Positions 1-9,334 of a stretch of DNA of 64,000 bases are shown here, one piece after another. The stretch is from Methanomassiliicoccales archaeon UBA147 (lineage in GTDB: Archaea > Thermoplasmatota > Thermoplasmata > SG8-5). The DNA lies in assembly GCA_002496385.1 (NCBI GenBank), contig DAJR01000027.1, forward strand, positions 1,155-65,154, given 5' to 3'. Positions within the stretch are counted from its first letter, which is position 1, and every line of letters starts with the position of its first letter. Under the pieces are notes generated by a model. It did no database searches, was not told the DNA's origin, and saw only the letters and a program-made list of their open reading frames with translations. The position numbers and the translations under genes are program-made.

Positions 1-2
1 TC

Positions 3-1034
3 ATGCGCTCCGGGATATGCCATGCGTTCGCACCGGACGGAAGGTGCGTCAGCCTGTTCAAGACGCTGTACACGAATGCCTGCCAGCATAATTGCGCTTA
101 CTGCCCGAACTCCACGGCCTGCTCGGGCTCGAAGATAGTGAGCTACACCCCGGAGGAACTTGCAAGGATAACGCTCCAGCTCTACCGGGCGAATACCGTT
201 GAAGGCCTGTTCCTGAGCTCCGGCGTGGCAGGGGACGAGACGAAGATGATGGAGCAGATGATAGAGGCCATCGATATGTTGCGCAACAAGTATCATTTCA
301 TGGGCTACATACATCTGAAGATATTGCCAGGCACCTCACGTGAACACATCAAGCAGGCGATGGAATTGGTCGACAGGGTGAGCCTGAACGTCGAGTGCCC
401 TTCGAAGAGCCACTTGCAGGAACTGAGCACCACGAAGGATTACGAGGTTGACATCCTCAGGAGGCAGAAATACATCCGCGACCTCGTGTCCGGCGAACGG
501 CTTCCCGCAGGCCAGACGACCCAGTTCGTCGTCGGTGCTGCCGGGGAGACAGACCGGGAGATCTTTACCAGGATGCTCTACGAGTACAATGTCCTTGACG
601 TGAAACGCCAGTACTTCTCCAGATTCATTGCCGTGGACGGCACGCCCCTGGCCCGTCAGGCAACCCAGCCGAGGTGGAGGGAGAACAGGCTTTACCAGGT
701 GGACTGGCTCCACAGGGTTTACGGATACCGCAGGAAGGAGATGGAGCATGCGTTCGGTGAATCTGGACTGCTTGGGAACAGGGATCCGAAATGGACCATC
801 GCCGTCAACACGATCGATGGCCCCATCGACCCGAACGATGCCTCGGAGGAGGAGCTCCTTAGAATACCGGGGATAGGACCGAAGAGCGCCAACCGGATAG
901 TGAACCTCCGGAACACGCGGAAGATAACGCGCAATGCCGAACTGAAGGCGCTGGGCGTGCGGGTCGGCCATGCAAGGACCTTCCTCACGCTCAACGGCTG
1001 GCATGACTCGACTCTCAAGAGGTGGATGGGATGA
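3..1034 (+). CDS. Radical SAM protein, putative DNA modification/repair family (TIGR03916-like). Probably 5'-truncated by the window edge.
   Basis: CQHNCAYC is a CxxxCxxC radical-SAM cluster motif lying close to the ORF start. C-terminal helix-hairpin-helix LLRIPGIGPKSANRI. The gene overlaps its usual partner gene by 13 nt. Confidence 0.8.
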   Translation: MRSGICHAFAPDGRCVSLFKTLYTNACQHNCAYCPNSTACSGSKIVSYTPEELARITLQLYRANTVEGLFLSSGVAGDETKMMEQMIEAIDMLRNKYHFMGYIHLKILPGTSREHIKQAMELVDRVSLNVECPSKSHLQELSTTKDYEVDILRRQKYIRDLVSGERLPAGQTTQFVVGAAGETDREIFTRMLYEYNVLDVKRQYFSRFIAVDGTPLARQATQPRWRENRLYQVDWLHRVYGYRRKEMEHAFGESGLLGNRDPKWTIAVNTIDGPIDPNDASEEELLRIPGIGPKSANRIVNLRNTRKITRNAELKALGVRVGHARTFLTLNGWHDSTLKRWMG

Positions 1035-1621
1035 ACCCGACACCCCGGAATTACCTGGAAATCCTGAAGCGGCATTCAAAATGCACCCCGGCCATTGCAA
1101 GAAAAGCCGGGGCCATCGACCCGGACACCCTCGATTGTTCCACGGACAGCGAGACAATACATGTAAGGAAGATGGTTAATTCCGTCCTCTCTGAAAACCA
1201 CATGATGAAGGCTTTCGTCCGGCTGAAGCCGCTCGGGGAAAGGGTGCTCTTTGCATACATGAAGCCGGAGCACGACATCTGGACCATGGTGGGGCCGTTC
1301 TTCGCCAGGCGCTTCCCCGGGACTGTGATTGTCCTGGGGAACGCATCCCGGTCGTGGGCCTTCCTTTTGGACGGCAGGGAAGTAAGGCAATCCAAAGGCG
1401 AATCGCTGGCCAAAACCCTGAAAGAGCTGGAGGGTGCCATGGGAACCGGCGGTGCGGAGAATCCGGAGGGGCTGTGGGACACATATTACTGGAGCCAGTA
1501 CAGGCCCGAGGCCAAGAACACCCCATATTTCAGGCACAACATGCCCGAGAAGTACGCCCAGAGGGCAGGCATACGATGTGAGACTGATTCGGGTGGCACC
1601 AAGTTGGAGGATTTCGGCTAA
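1022..1621 (+). CDS. DUF4130 / TIGR03915-like probable DNA metabolism protein (partner of the radical SAM gene)
   Basis: The start overlaps the upstream radical SAM stop (atggatgggatga). The segment HMMKAFVRLKPLGERVLFAYMKPEHDIWTMVGPFFARRFP matches my recollection of the DUF4130 core. Confidence 0.65.
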   Translation: MDGMNPTPRNYLEILKRHSKCTPAIARKAGAIDPDTLDCSTDSETIHVRKMVNSVLSENHMMKAFVRLKPLGERVLFAYMKPEHDIWTMVGPFFARRFPGTVIVLGNASRSWAFLLDGREVRQSKGESLAKTLKELEGAMGTGGAENPEGLWDTYYWSQYRPEAKNTPYFRHNMPEKYAQRAGIRCETDSGGTKLEDFG

Positions 1622-2463
1622 CCGTCCACTTTGACGGCCTTGAATATTATGGACTCTGGAACCCTGAGGTGCTTTTCCGAACTCGGATCCCTGGCCAGGG
1701 CCTCCTTGCTTGGCTTCGGTTCCACAAGGTCCGAGACGTACAGGCCGTGCCTGCCTAGGACGCCGACATAATCTGTGAGGGTCCTCTTGAAGGATATCGT
1801 CCTGAAATGCGTCTTCAGCCTGGGCATGTTCCAGTTGATTTCGTACCTGCCGGTCCTGAAGTAGTCAGACTGCTTGACATACAGCGGCCTTCCGCGGTTC
1901 AGCGGGTCCCCCTCGTTCTCGAAAACCCATCCTGCAACCTTCTTCCCGTTTTGCCAGCTCATCTCGAAGCAGGGGTGGGGCATGGAAATTATCGCGAAGC
2001 CGCGGGGCTTCAGGACCCTGGCGACCTCGCGGGTGACGCCTTCGATGTCCTCGAAGTCCATGTACACCATCAGGCAGGTGACTATGTCGAACGTTGAGTC
2101 GCCGATCCCTTTCAGATTGGAGGCATCCAGGTTGTGATATTCGATGCCCAGGGGCTCAATCGATTCCTCCTCTTTTGCGAGGCCTATCATCCTGGCGGAA
2201 AAGTCTATGCCAGTGACCTTTGCCCCCCTCTTGGCGAGAAGCCTAGAGTTATAGCCCTCGCCGCAGGCCACGTCCAGGAGCGTTTTCCCATGGATGTCGC
2301 CAAGCATCGCGAAGGTTGACGGGTTGTTGAAACACTCCCGGCTCAGGTCCTTGCCAGTCCTCACGAATTCAGCCCAGGCTTCCGCGGAGTCCTCCCAGCA
2401 CGCTTTCACTTCGTCTGCCATACTCTCCCTTAGAATACAATCAAATATAGATTTATCCATCAA
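1618..2463 (-). CDS. Class I SAM-dependent methyltransferase
   Basis: Motif I LLDVACGEGYNS, followed by KVTGIDFS and the acidic loop of a Rossmann methyltransferase. Confidence 0.8.
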   Translation of the reverse strand: MMDKSIFDCILRESMADEVKACWEDSAEAWAEFVRTGKDLSRECFNNPSTFAMLGDIHGKTLLDVACGEGYNSRLLAKRGAKVTGIDFSARMIGLAKEEESIEPLGIEYHNLDASNLKGIGDSTFDIVTCLMVYMDFEDIEGVTREVARVLKPRGFAIISMPHPCFEMSWQNGKKVAGWVFENEGDPLNRGRPLYVKQSDYFRTGRYEINWNMPRLKTHFRTISFKRTLTDYVGVLGRHGLYVSDLVEPKPSKEALARDPSSEKHLRVPESIIFKAVKVDG

Positions 2464-2476
2464 CTCCGGTGTTGAA

Positions 2477-3064
2477 ATGGACGTGACCGAGACGCTCTAT
2501 GTGAAAAACCGTAAGGAATGGCGTTCCTGGCTGGTAAAAAACCACGGTTCGAAGAAGGAGATATGGCTCATCTATTTCAAGAAACATTCAGGGAAACCCC
2601 GCATCCCTTACGACGATGCGGTCGAGGAAGCCATCTGTTTCGGCTGGATAGACAGCACGGTCAAGAAAATGGATGAGGAAAGATATTGCCAGCGCTACAC
2701 CCCAAGGAATCCCGGGAGCATCTGGTCGGACACCAACATCATGAGACTGAAGAAGATGCTGGATGCCGGGCTCATGACAGAATCGGGGCTGGGCAAGGTC
2801 CCGCCGGAGGCGATGGACGCCGCGAGGTCGGGCATCATCGAGAGGAAGGGCAGTGCGGTTCCGAAGTCACTACCCATGCCTGAAGACCTTGAAACGGCGC
2901 TGGCCAAGGATGAAACGGCTCAAAGGAACTGGGCCAAATTCGCCCCGTCCCACAGGAAGATGTACATCTACTGGGTGTTGGACGCCAAGAAGCCCGAAAC
3001 AAGGGAGCGGCGGATCGCGCGGGTACTGAACTATGCGAGGGAGAATAAAAGGGCGTTGATATGA
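2477..3064 (+). CDS. YdeI/OmpD-associated family protein (DUF1801-related)
   Basis: I chose the internal ATG at 2477 (MDVTETLYVKNRKEWRSWL...) because the longer ORF from 2294 runs antisense through the neighbouring methyltransferase. The WRSWL...IWLIYFKK...GWIDS pattern is typical of the family. Confidence 0.6.
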   Translation: MDVTETLYVKNRKEWRSWLVKNHGSKKEIWLIYFKKHSGKPRIPYDDAVEEAICFGWIDSTVKKMDEERYCQRYTPRNPGSIWSDTNIMRLKKMLDAGLMTESGLGKVPPEAMDAARSGIIERKGSAVPKSLPMPEDLETALAKDETAQRNWAKFAPSHRKMYIYWVLDAKKPETRERRIARVLNYARENKRALI

Positions 3065-3073
3065 GGTGTTGCC

Positions 3074-3667
3074 ATGAATGAAGCGGTTTTGAGCGTCCCC
3101 GAATTGCAAACGAAGAGGCTTGTGCTTCGCCAGCTGACAGAGAACGACCTTGATTTCATATTCCAGATTTTCAGTCGGGAGGAAACGAACCTGCATGTTG
3201 CCGACCCCCCTGTCAGGGACATGGGCGAGGCCAGGGAGCTCTATGAGATGTACATCAGGCCGAGAACCCACCTTTTCAGATTGGGCATATTTTTAAAAAC
3301 CACCGGCGAACCGATAGGGACCATCGGCCTCTATGGCATCAAGACGGAGGATTTCCGCGCTGTCCTCGGCTTCGACCTCCTGAAGGAATTCTGGGGACTG
3401 GGGTACATGACAGAGGCCGGGACCGTCCTTCTTGAGCATGCCTTCGATTCAATGGGCCTCAATCGCATCCAGGCCAGTGCGGATGCGGACAACGCACGTT
3501 CCCTTGCTACCATAGAACGGCTCGGGTTCACAAAGGAAGGAATAATGCGGCAGAAGGATTTTTACAAGGGAGCATTCCATGACGATGTCGTGTACTCCAT
3601 GCTCAGGGAAGATTGGCAGAAACGCGCCAGCCCGCCAGTCAAGGGTAGGCTGCCAAATCCAAAATAA
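3074..3667 (+). CDS. GNAT family N-acetyltransferase (RimJ/RimL-like)
   Basis: The RLVLRQLTENDLDFIFQIF N-terminus and the acetyl-CoA loop EFWGLGYMTEAG match this family. The NARSLATIERLGFTKEG segment also fits. Confidence 0.8.
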   Translation: MNEAVLSVPELQTKRLVLRQLTENDLDFIFQIFSREETNLHVADPPVRDMGEARELYEMYIRPRTHLFRLGIFLKTTGEPIGTIGLYGIKTEDFRAVLGFDLLKEFWGLGYMTEAGTVLLEHAFDSMGLNRIQASADADNARSLATIERLGFTKEGIMRQKDFYKGAFHDDVVYSMLREDWQKRASPPVKGRLPNPK

Positions 3668-3680
3668 TATATTCCTGTAA

Positions 3681-4349
3681 GTGCATTCCATCTTCATGGT
3701 GGAGGATGCGGGAGAGAAGATTATCGAGTCTGCATACACCGAGATTGTTGGGTCCAATCCAGTGTATTCTTTCGAGGGCACTGGGCCAAAGCGCCTGCTC
3801 ATAATGTCCGGGCTGCCGCTCTCAGGCAAGACCTTTTTCGTAAACAAGATGAACCGGTTCAGGCCTGGCAAGTTCCAGCAGATCAACAGCCATTCTGTCA
3901 GGCCAATCGTTGTCAAGCATATGGGGCGCAAGAACCCTGTTTACGATGTGCCCGAGCACCATGCAACTTTCGAGGTGTCTCACAGGCTCCTACTCACGAT
4001 ACTGAACAATGGGTGGCCGGTGATTGCGGACGCCACCAACCTAAAAGAGAAATACAGGGCCTGGGCGGTGGACGCGGGCAGGAAGGCGGGGGCCGAGATA
4101 CTCACCGTGTTCATGCATGTCACCGATGAGACTGCGCAAACCAGACTCAACGAGAGGGTCAGCGAATCCTCTGCGACATTCAACACCTACCAGCAACTGA
4201 AGTACGACCTTGAGCCGGTCAGCCAGTGCTCCACACCCTATGTGATAGTCAATTCGGAGGTCGACATCTCGCCGCACGTGAACGAGGTGTCAAGGTGGCT
4301 ATGCGGCGAATCGCCAGTCCTGCGAGGGGCTGTCCAGCCGAAGCACTGA
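3681..4349 (+). CDS. P-loop ATPase/kinase (AAA_33 / zeta-toxin-like fold)
   Basis: Walker A motif GLPLSGKT and a Walker-B-like VIADATN segment. The start codon is uncertain. Confidence 0.55.
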   Translation: MHSIFMVEDAGEKIIESAYTEIVGSNPVYSFEGTGPKRLLIMSGLPLSGKTFFVNKMNRFRPGKFQQINSHSVRPIVVKHMGRKNPVYDVPEHHATFEVSHRLLLTILNNGWPVIADATNLKEKYRAWAVDAGRKAGAEILTVFMHVTDETAQTRLNERVSESSATFNTYQQLKYDLEPVSQCSTPYVIVNSEVDISPHVNEVSRWLCGESPVLRGAVQPKH

Positions 4350-4362
4350 GGGGCTATGATAT

Positions 4363-5058
4363 ATGAATTTTGATGATATTATAAAAAACATTAAATTATT
4401 ATACGATCCTCACAATGTCGAAGGCATGGCAAGGTACGGCATCAACCCCCGCGACAATTATGGCGTATCAATCAAGGACCTGAGGTCGATGGCAAAGAAA
4501 ATAGGGAGGGACCATGGGCTCGCGGTGCGGCTTTGGGCTTCTGGCATCAGAGACGCAAGACTCCTGGCAACGCTTGTGGCGGAGTCCGGGGAACTCACCT
4601 CCGAGGAAGCCGAGGAGATGGTTAAGGGCATCGATTCATGGGACGTCTGCGATGGGTTCTGCATGAATCTCGTCAGGCACACGGATTTTGCATATTCAAA
4701 GGCAGTTGAGTGGAGTTCAAGGGGGCCCGAGTTCGAGAAACGCGCGGCATTCAGCCTGATGTCGACGCTCGCAGTATCCGACAAGGAAGCAAGCGACTCA
4801 AAGTTTGAGGAATTTCTGCAGTTAATCGAGATAGCATCCATGGATGAGCGCAACTATGTGAGGAAGGCAGTGAATTGGGCATTGCGCAGCATAGGGAAGC
4901 GCAATCCGCAATTGAACAAAAAGGCTTTGAAGATTGCCCGCAAGCTTGCGCGATCTGAGAATGCATCTGCAAGGTGGGTGGGCCGGGACGCGGTCAAAGA
5001 GCTCGAGAGCGGGCCTGTCCGTCTGAGGCTCGCAAGGAAACAGCAAAAGCGCATATGA
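4363..5058 (+). CDS. DNA alkylation repair protein (AlkD-like HEAT-repeat family)
   Basis: The N-terminal pattern NVEGMARYGINPRDNYGVSIKDLRSMAKKIGRDHGLAVRLW, together with VRKAVNWALRSIGKRN, is typical of the pfam08713-type family as I recall it. Confidence 0.65.
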   Translation: MNFDDIIKNIKLLYDPHNVEGMARYGINPRDNYGVSIKDLRSMAKKIGRDHGLAVRLWASGIRDARLLATLVAESGELTSEEAEEMVKGIDSWDVCDGFCMNLVRHTDFAYSKAVEWSSRGPEFEKRAAFSLMSTLAVSDKEASDSKFEEFLQLIEIASMDERNYVRKAVNWALRSIGKRNPQLNKKALKIARKLARSENASARWVGRDAVKELESGPVRLRLARKQQKRI

Positions 5059-5094
5059 ATCGGAAAGATTATATGGTCATCACCCTTTGAAACC

Positions 5095-5574
5095 ATGATG
5101 ATTGTCAAAGTCAGGCGAACGGGCGGCAACATAGTAGCAACCGAAAACGACAAAACCTTCATTGCCAAGCCGGAAGGTTGGGATCAGAAAGGCATAATCA
5201 ACAGCCTGAAAAGGGCCTTCACCCTGAAATATGAGGTCTTTGACGAGACGAATCTCCTTGTAAGCCAGGTTGAATACAACTCGCTAGAAAATCAGATAAT
5301 CATCAGAAAGAAATCCGGGAATGTCGCGATTGACCTTCCCACATTTTGCGTTAATTCCGCGGTATACCATATCCGGGAAAAAATGACCGGGCTTTCGGTC
5401 ACTCCGGTTCAGACAACGAGGGACCAATCATCCGATGCTGTCATGTCAATCGAAGCAACAAAATCGCTCACCGAATACTCAATGAAGTTTACCAGTTACG
5501 ATGAGAACATGCATCCGGTACTCAAGGAATTTGCAATCGGGTTCATGATCCGCTGGATGTCCTATTTGTATTGA
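5095..5574 (+). CDS. Hypothetical protein (possibly LURP-one/tubby-like beta-barrel, weak)
   Basis: A clean 159-aa ORF of lower GC than the surrounding genes. It carries no diagnostic motif. Confidence 0.45.
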   Translation: MMIVKVRRTGGNIVATENDKTFIAKPEGWDQKGIINSLKRAFTLKYEVFDETNLLVSQVEYNSLENQIIIRKKSGNVAIDLPTFCVNSAVYHIREKMTGLSVTPVQTTRDQSSDAVMSIEATKSLTEYSMKFTSYDENMHPVLKEFAIGFMIRWMSYLY

Positions 5575-5744
5575 TATATTAATATATTTTATTTCATATT
5601 TAAAAATGCAGTTCCTATATACTGATAAAAAAAGTGGAAAACACTAAGAAAAAAGTTGGAGTGCCCAACCTTGACATCAACCTGGGATGAAAGTCATACC
5701 GGGGCCAATGTTCTATAGGTTGTGACACTCGAACATTGGTCCGC

Positions 5745-5828
5745 TTATTTCTTCTTCTTTGCGGCCTTCTTTGCCGGCTTCTTCTTTGCCGGCGCTTTCT
5801 TTTTCGCTACTTTCTTTTTTGCTGCCAT
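5745..5828 (-). CDS. Lysine/alanine-rich micro-ORF, 27 aa: MAAKKKVAKKKAPAKKKPAKKAAKKKK
   Basis: Hand-translated; it falls below the ORF-track length cutoff. The frame runs ATG to TAA. An imperfect stem-loop (9 bp clean) at 5703-5742 lies just 3' of the stop. An AT-rich TATA-like stretch (5880-5893) lies upstream. Confidence 0.35.
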   Translation of the reverse strand: MAAKKKVAKKKAPAKKKPAKKAAKKKK

Positions 5829-6304
5829 TTTTTATTCCATCCCGTAGATTTTCATAATCTACAGACCCGATATACATCTAATATTATATAAAACATATGG
5901 ATAATTTAATTCATAATATTTATTATATATAATTATCAATATGAACAATCCAAGAAATCTGTTTTTACAGACTCAGTCATTGTTCATTTAAATATTTTAT
6001 CTTAAATAATATTTGGCCAGTCAAAATAAATATTTCCGAAAATAATAGGCTGTTAAAGTATTTCGGAAATTTATTTTCATTAAAAAAACAAAAAAAGTTA
6101 ATGCGCAGCGAAAAAAAGCCCCGCAAAGCATTCGGCGGTGATTCGGGGGCATTTCATTGCATCATCAAGCATCGCGCCGCCCGCTGCAACCGGTGAGCAC
6201 ACAGTTAAAAAATTCAATATGAGCATTCGCAACATATGAGTTAATTCGACAATATTGCACCAAAATATTATGACACCCGACTAGCGTTTTGCATTGTTTC
6301 CGGG

Positions 6305-6967
6305 TTACACCTTCCCCCAAATGAATTTCTCGGCTCCGCTGTCGGGAACAGTGGCGATGTAAGCATAGAGATTCATCCTGTGGATGTCGTCTATCTCCAG
6401 GATTACCTGGGTGAATTCCAAGGCCTCGTAGAACCTGGCGGTCAGCTCGTGAATGTGTCGCGGATCGGCTGTCTGGGAGCTGGTTATGATTGCGGCAAAG
6501 ATCTTTATCGGTTTTCTGCCTTCGAGCATCAGCAATTTGGTGAGGTCCTTGGCGACATCTCTTGAATTGTAAAGGTTCGGCCCTTTCCATTCAATGTGGA
6601 TTCGCGGCTCGTCCCTGATGACGAAATCAAATTTCGCAGGAATCCCCTCTTCGAGAGCAAGCTTCTGCGTCGTTTTTGGCCGGTTCAGGCCGAACTCCTT
6701 CCATGAGTACAGTGCTTTCGTCGGGTGGTCCGGGATTATTATCATCCTCCTCCAAGGGTCTATCTTCTGGTCGACATAATATTTGGTCAACAGGCTTGAG
6801 AACTGGTGATGGTAGAACTGTTCGTTGAGTACTCTGCCCCTGTTGCCGTCCTTGACTATTCTCTCGGTCCTTGACAGGATGTTATCAAATATTCTCTCCA
6901 GCACGGATATGTTCAATTGATCACCGAAGGCAAATACGCATAGAAATAGAAATAAGTGTCGAAACAT
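6305..6967 (-). CDS. Hypothetical protein with a possible PD-(D/E)xK nuclease-like motif
   Basis: FDFVIRDEPRIHIEWKGP gives a D...E-x-K arrangement, preceded by an acidic helix NEQFYHH. I recognise no family. Confidence 0.45.
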   Translation of the reverse strand: MFRHLFLFLCVFAFGDQLNISVLERIFDNILSRTERIVKDGNRGRVLNEQFYHHQFSSLLTKYYVDQKIDPWRRMIIIPDHPTKALYSWKEFGLNRPKTTQKLALEEGIPAKFDFVIRDEPRIHIEWKGPNLYNSRDVAKDLTKLLMLEGRKPIKIFAAIITSSQTADPRHIHELTARFYEALEFTQVILEIDDIHRMNLYAYIATVPDSGAEKFIWGKV

Positions 6968-6978
6968 TAGGGGGGTTT

Positions 6979-7590
6979 ATGAAAATCACACAAATTCGCA
7001 TAGGGATGGACAATTTCAGTTATCTTGTGCAATGCATAGCCACAGGAAAGGCTGCGCTTGTCGATCCCGGCACCAACGCTTCCGAGGCTATGTCATTGAT
7101 TGGCCACGGAAACCTGCAACTGATTTTCATAATCAATACGCACCGCCATCTGGATCATGTTGCAGAAAATTCCAGGGTGAGGGAAACATATGGCTGTGAC
7201 ATCATCGCATCCGAACCAGAATCCTATGGAATCTCTGATGTGACAAGGACGGTATCCGACGGCGAAATCCTTATGTTGGGCGATGTCCGCATCCGATTCC
7301 TGCTGACACCCGGCCACACGCCGGGCGGCCTGTGCATGCTTGTGGATGGTGAGGCACTCCTCACCGGCGATACATTATTCATCGGGGACTGCGGAAGGAC
7401 CGATATGGCCGGCGGAAGCGATAATGAGATGTTCCTCAGCCTCCAGAAGATAAAATCCCTGCCCGATGCTGTAATTATATATCCGGGGCATGATTATGGC
7501 CCTGTGCCCTTCGATACCCTGGGCAATCAGAAGAAGCAGAACAAGACGCTTCTTGCGAAATCTGCAAATGAGCTGTCCCTCATTGCTTAA
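6979..7590 (+). CDS. MBL-fold metallo-hydrolase (glyoxalase II-like)
   Basis: HRHLDH is the HxHxDH zinc motif, with a downstream TPGHTPGG segment and GDTLF...D...PGHDYG. The start is set at ATG 6979 (MKITQIRIG). Confidence 0.85.
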   Translation: MKITQIRIGMDNFSYLVQCIATGKAALVDPGTNASEAMSLIGHGNLQLIFIINTHRHLDHVAENSRVRETYGCDIIASEPESYGISDVTRTVSDGEILMLGDVRIRFLLTPGHTPGGLCMLVDGEALLTGDTLFIGDCGRTDMAGGSDNEMFLSLQKIKSLPDAVIIYPGHDYGPVPFDTLGNQKKQNKTLLAKSANELSLIA

Positions 7591-7907
7591 TGTGTATTTC
7601 GTAACACCCAATTAATAACAATTATTACGTTCCTCCCTTTTTTTATGCACAAATGCTCATAAATTCCTCAATTCGTTGATAATAGAATTTGAATTATCGC
7701 ATCTACTTTTTGGTAGCACGAATATTGCATATTTATTACCAGATTTCATTGAATAGTCCGACAACTTGCGGCGAAATGCTTATCTCTCATCCCCCAAGTG
7801 AATCGGAATTCAGTCCGTTTGGCTTCGATTTTTGACTCCCTCGAAAGGCTCTTCCTTCATGCTCATCTCTCATGCGGGCGATTGCATTTTGAATTCTTGT
7901 TGAGCCC

Positions 7908-9227
7908 TCAAAAGAACTTCTTCAGCACATCGGAGAGGTCGGGTTTCGAGATTTCTTCCAGACTGTAGAAGACCCGAACGATCGGCTTGTTGACATTCAG
8001 AACCCTGTTCAGATCGATGGGCGTGCCTGCCAGGACTATGTCGCAGGGTGTTTTGTCGATAGTGGCCTTGAGGTCTGCAATCTGCTTGTCGGAGTATCCC
8101 ATGGCAGGGAGAAATTTCTTGCCCTTCACATGGGGGTACTTCTCGAATGTCTTCTTTATCTCCCCGACAATGTAGGGCAGCGGGTCAACAGACTCGCCCG
8201 CGCCGAATTGCTTGGCTGCGACCATGCCTGCACCATAGGACATTTCCCCGTGTGTCAGGGTGGGCCCGTCCTCGATTATCAGGACCTTCTTTCCGCGGAT
8301 TGCATTCTCATTCTCAATTGTGACCGGCGATGCTGCCTTGATCACAATGGCCTCCGGGTTTGCGAACTGCGTGTTCTTCAGGACAATGTCAACCTTGTCC
8401 GGGTCCGCAGTGGTGATTTTGTTCACGATAACGACATCGGCCATTCTCAAATTTGTTTCGCCGGGGAAATATGCCAGCTCGTGGCCCGGCCTGTGCGGAT
8501 CGACGATGGTGATATGCAAATCCGGCTTGTAGAACGGCGTGTCATTGTTGCCGCCGTCCCAAATGATGATGTCCGCCTCCTTCTCGGCTTCTTTGAGGAT
8601 GGCGCCGTAATCCACTCCGGCATAGACGATGATGCCCTTGTCGATATGGGGCTCGTATTCTTCCCTCTCCTCGATAGTGCACTTGTGGAGGTCCAGGTCC
8701 TTGTAGGTCGCGAACCTTTGAACGGCCTGTTTGGCGAGATCTCCGTAGGGCATCGGGTGGCGGATTGCGACGACCCTCTTTCCCTTGGCCTTCAGCAAAT
8801 CGACGACCTTCCTGGTGGTCTGGCTCTTGCCGCAGCCTGTTCTCACGGCGCAGATTGCTATTACCGGGATCTTGGACTTTATCATTGTCCTCTCGGCATC
8901 CAGCAATTTGAAGTCTGCACCGTGTGCGGTCACGATGGCTGCTTTGTTCATGAGCACCGGATACGGAACGTCGCTGTAGGAGAACACGACCTCATCCACT
9001 TTGAATTTCTCTATGAGTTTCACAAGGTCGTCCTCCGAATAGATCGGGATGCCCTTCGGATAAAGCTTGCCAGCCAGAACCGGCGGGTACGTCCTTCCGT
9101 GGATATCCGGTATCTGGGCGGCCGTGAAGGCCACGACCTCGAAATCCTTGTTGTCCCTATACACAACGTTGAAGTTGTGGAAATCCCTGCCCGCTGCGCC
9201 CATTATCAGTATTTTTTTTACTGCCAT
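7908..9227 (-). CDS. COG2403-type P-loop protein (predicted GTPase / cyclic 2,3-diphosphoglycerate synthetase-related)
   Basis: N-terminal Rossmann-like ILIMGAAGRDFHNFN segment and an internal P-loop AVRTGCGKSQTT. Length is 439 aa. A GGTGA Shine-Dalgarno-like sequence precedes the start. Confidence 0.55.
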   Translation of the reverse strand: MAVKKILIMGAAGRDFHNFNVVYRDNKDFEVVAFTAAQIPDIHGRTYPPVLAGKLYPKGIPIYSEDDLVKLIEKFKVDEVVFSYSDVPYPVLMNKAAIVTAHGADFKLLDAERTMIKSKIPVIAICAVRTGCGKSQTTRKVVDLLKAKGKRVVAIRHPMPYGDLAKQAVQRFATYKDLDLHKCTIEEREEYEPHIDKGIIVYAGVDYGAILKEAEKEADIIIWDGGNNDTPFYKPDLHITIVDPHRPGHELAYFPGETNLRMADVVIVNKITTADPDKVDIVLKNTQFANPEAIVIKAASPVTIENENAIRGKKVLIIEDGPTLTHGEMSYGAGMVAAKQFGAGESVDPLPYIVGEIKKTFEKYPHVKGKKFLPAMGYSDKQIADLKATIDKTPCDIVLAGTPIDLNRVLNVNKPIVRVFYSLEEISKPDLSDVLKKFF

Positions 9228-9334
9228 ATGCTCACCTGTAACTAATTATGCCCATGGGATAACGCATGTTCCATATGTATTTTATCATTGGATTATGAAC
9301 CATTTGTAACTATACTATGTGACATTTATTGCAG

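Noticed and set aside
5575-6304. The AT-rich gap could be a replication origin.
   Set aside because: No orc1/cdc6 gene is adjacent, and I could not find repeated ORB-like boxes flanking an unwinding element. AT-richness and hairpins alone are insufficient evidence.
7786-7878. The direct repeat atgct(t/c)atctctcat occurs at about 7787 and 7860, downstream of the COG2403 gene.
   Set aside because: There are only two short copies, with no associated structure or ORF, so chance cannot be excluded. I noted it but do not regard it as supported.
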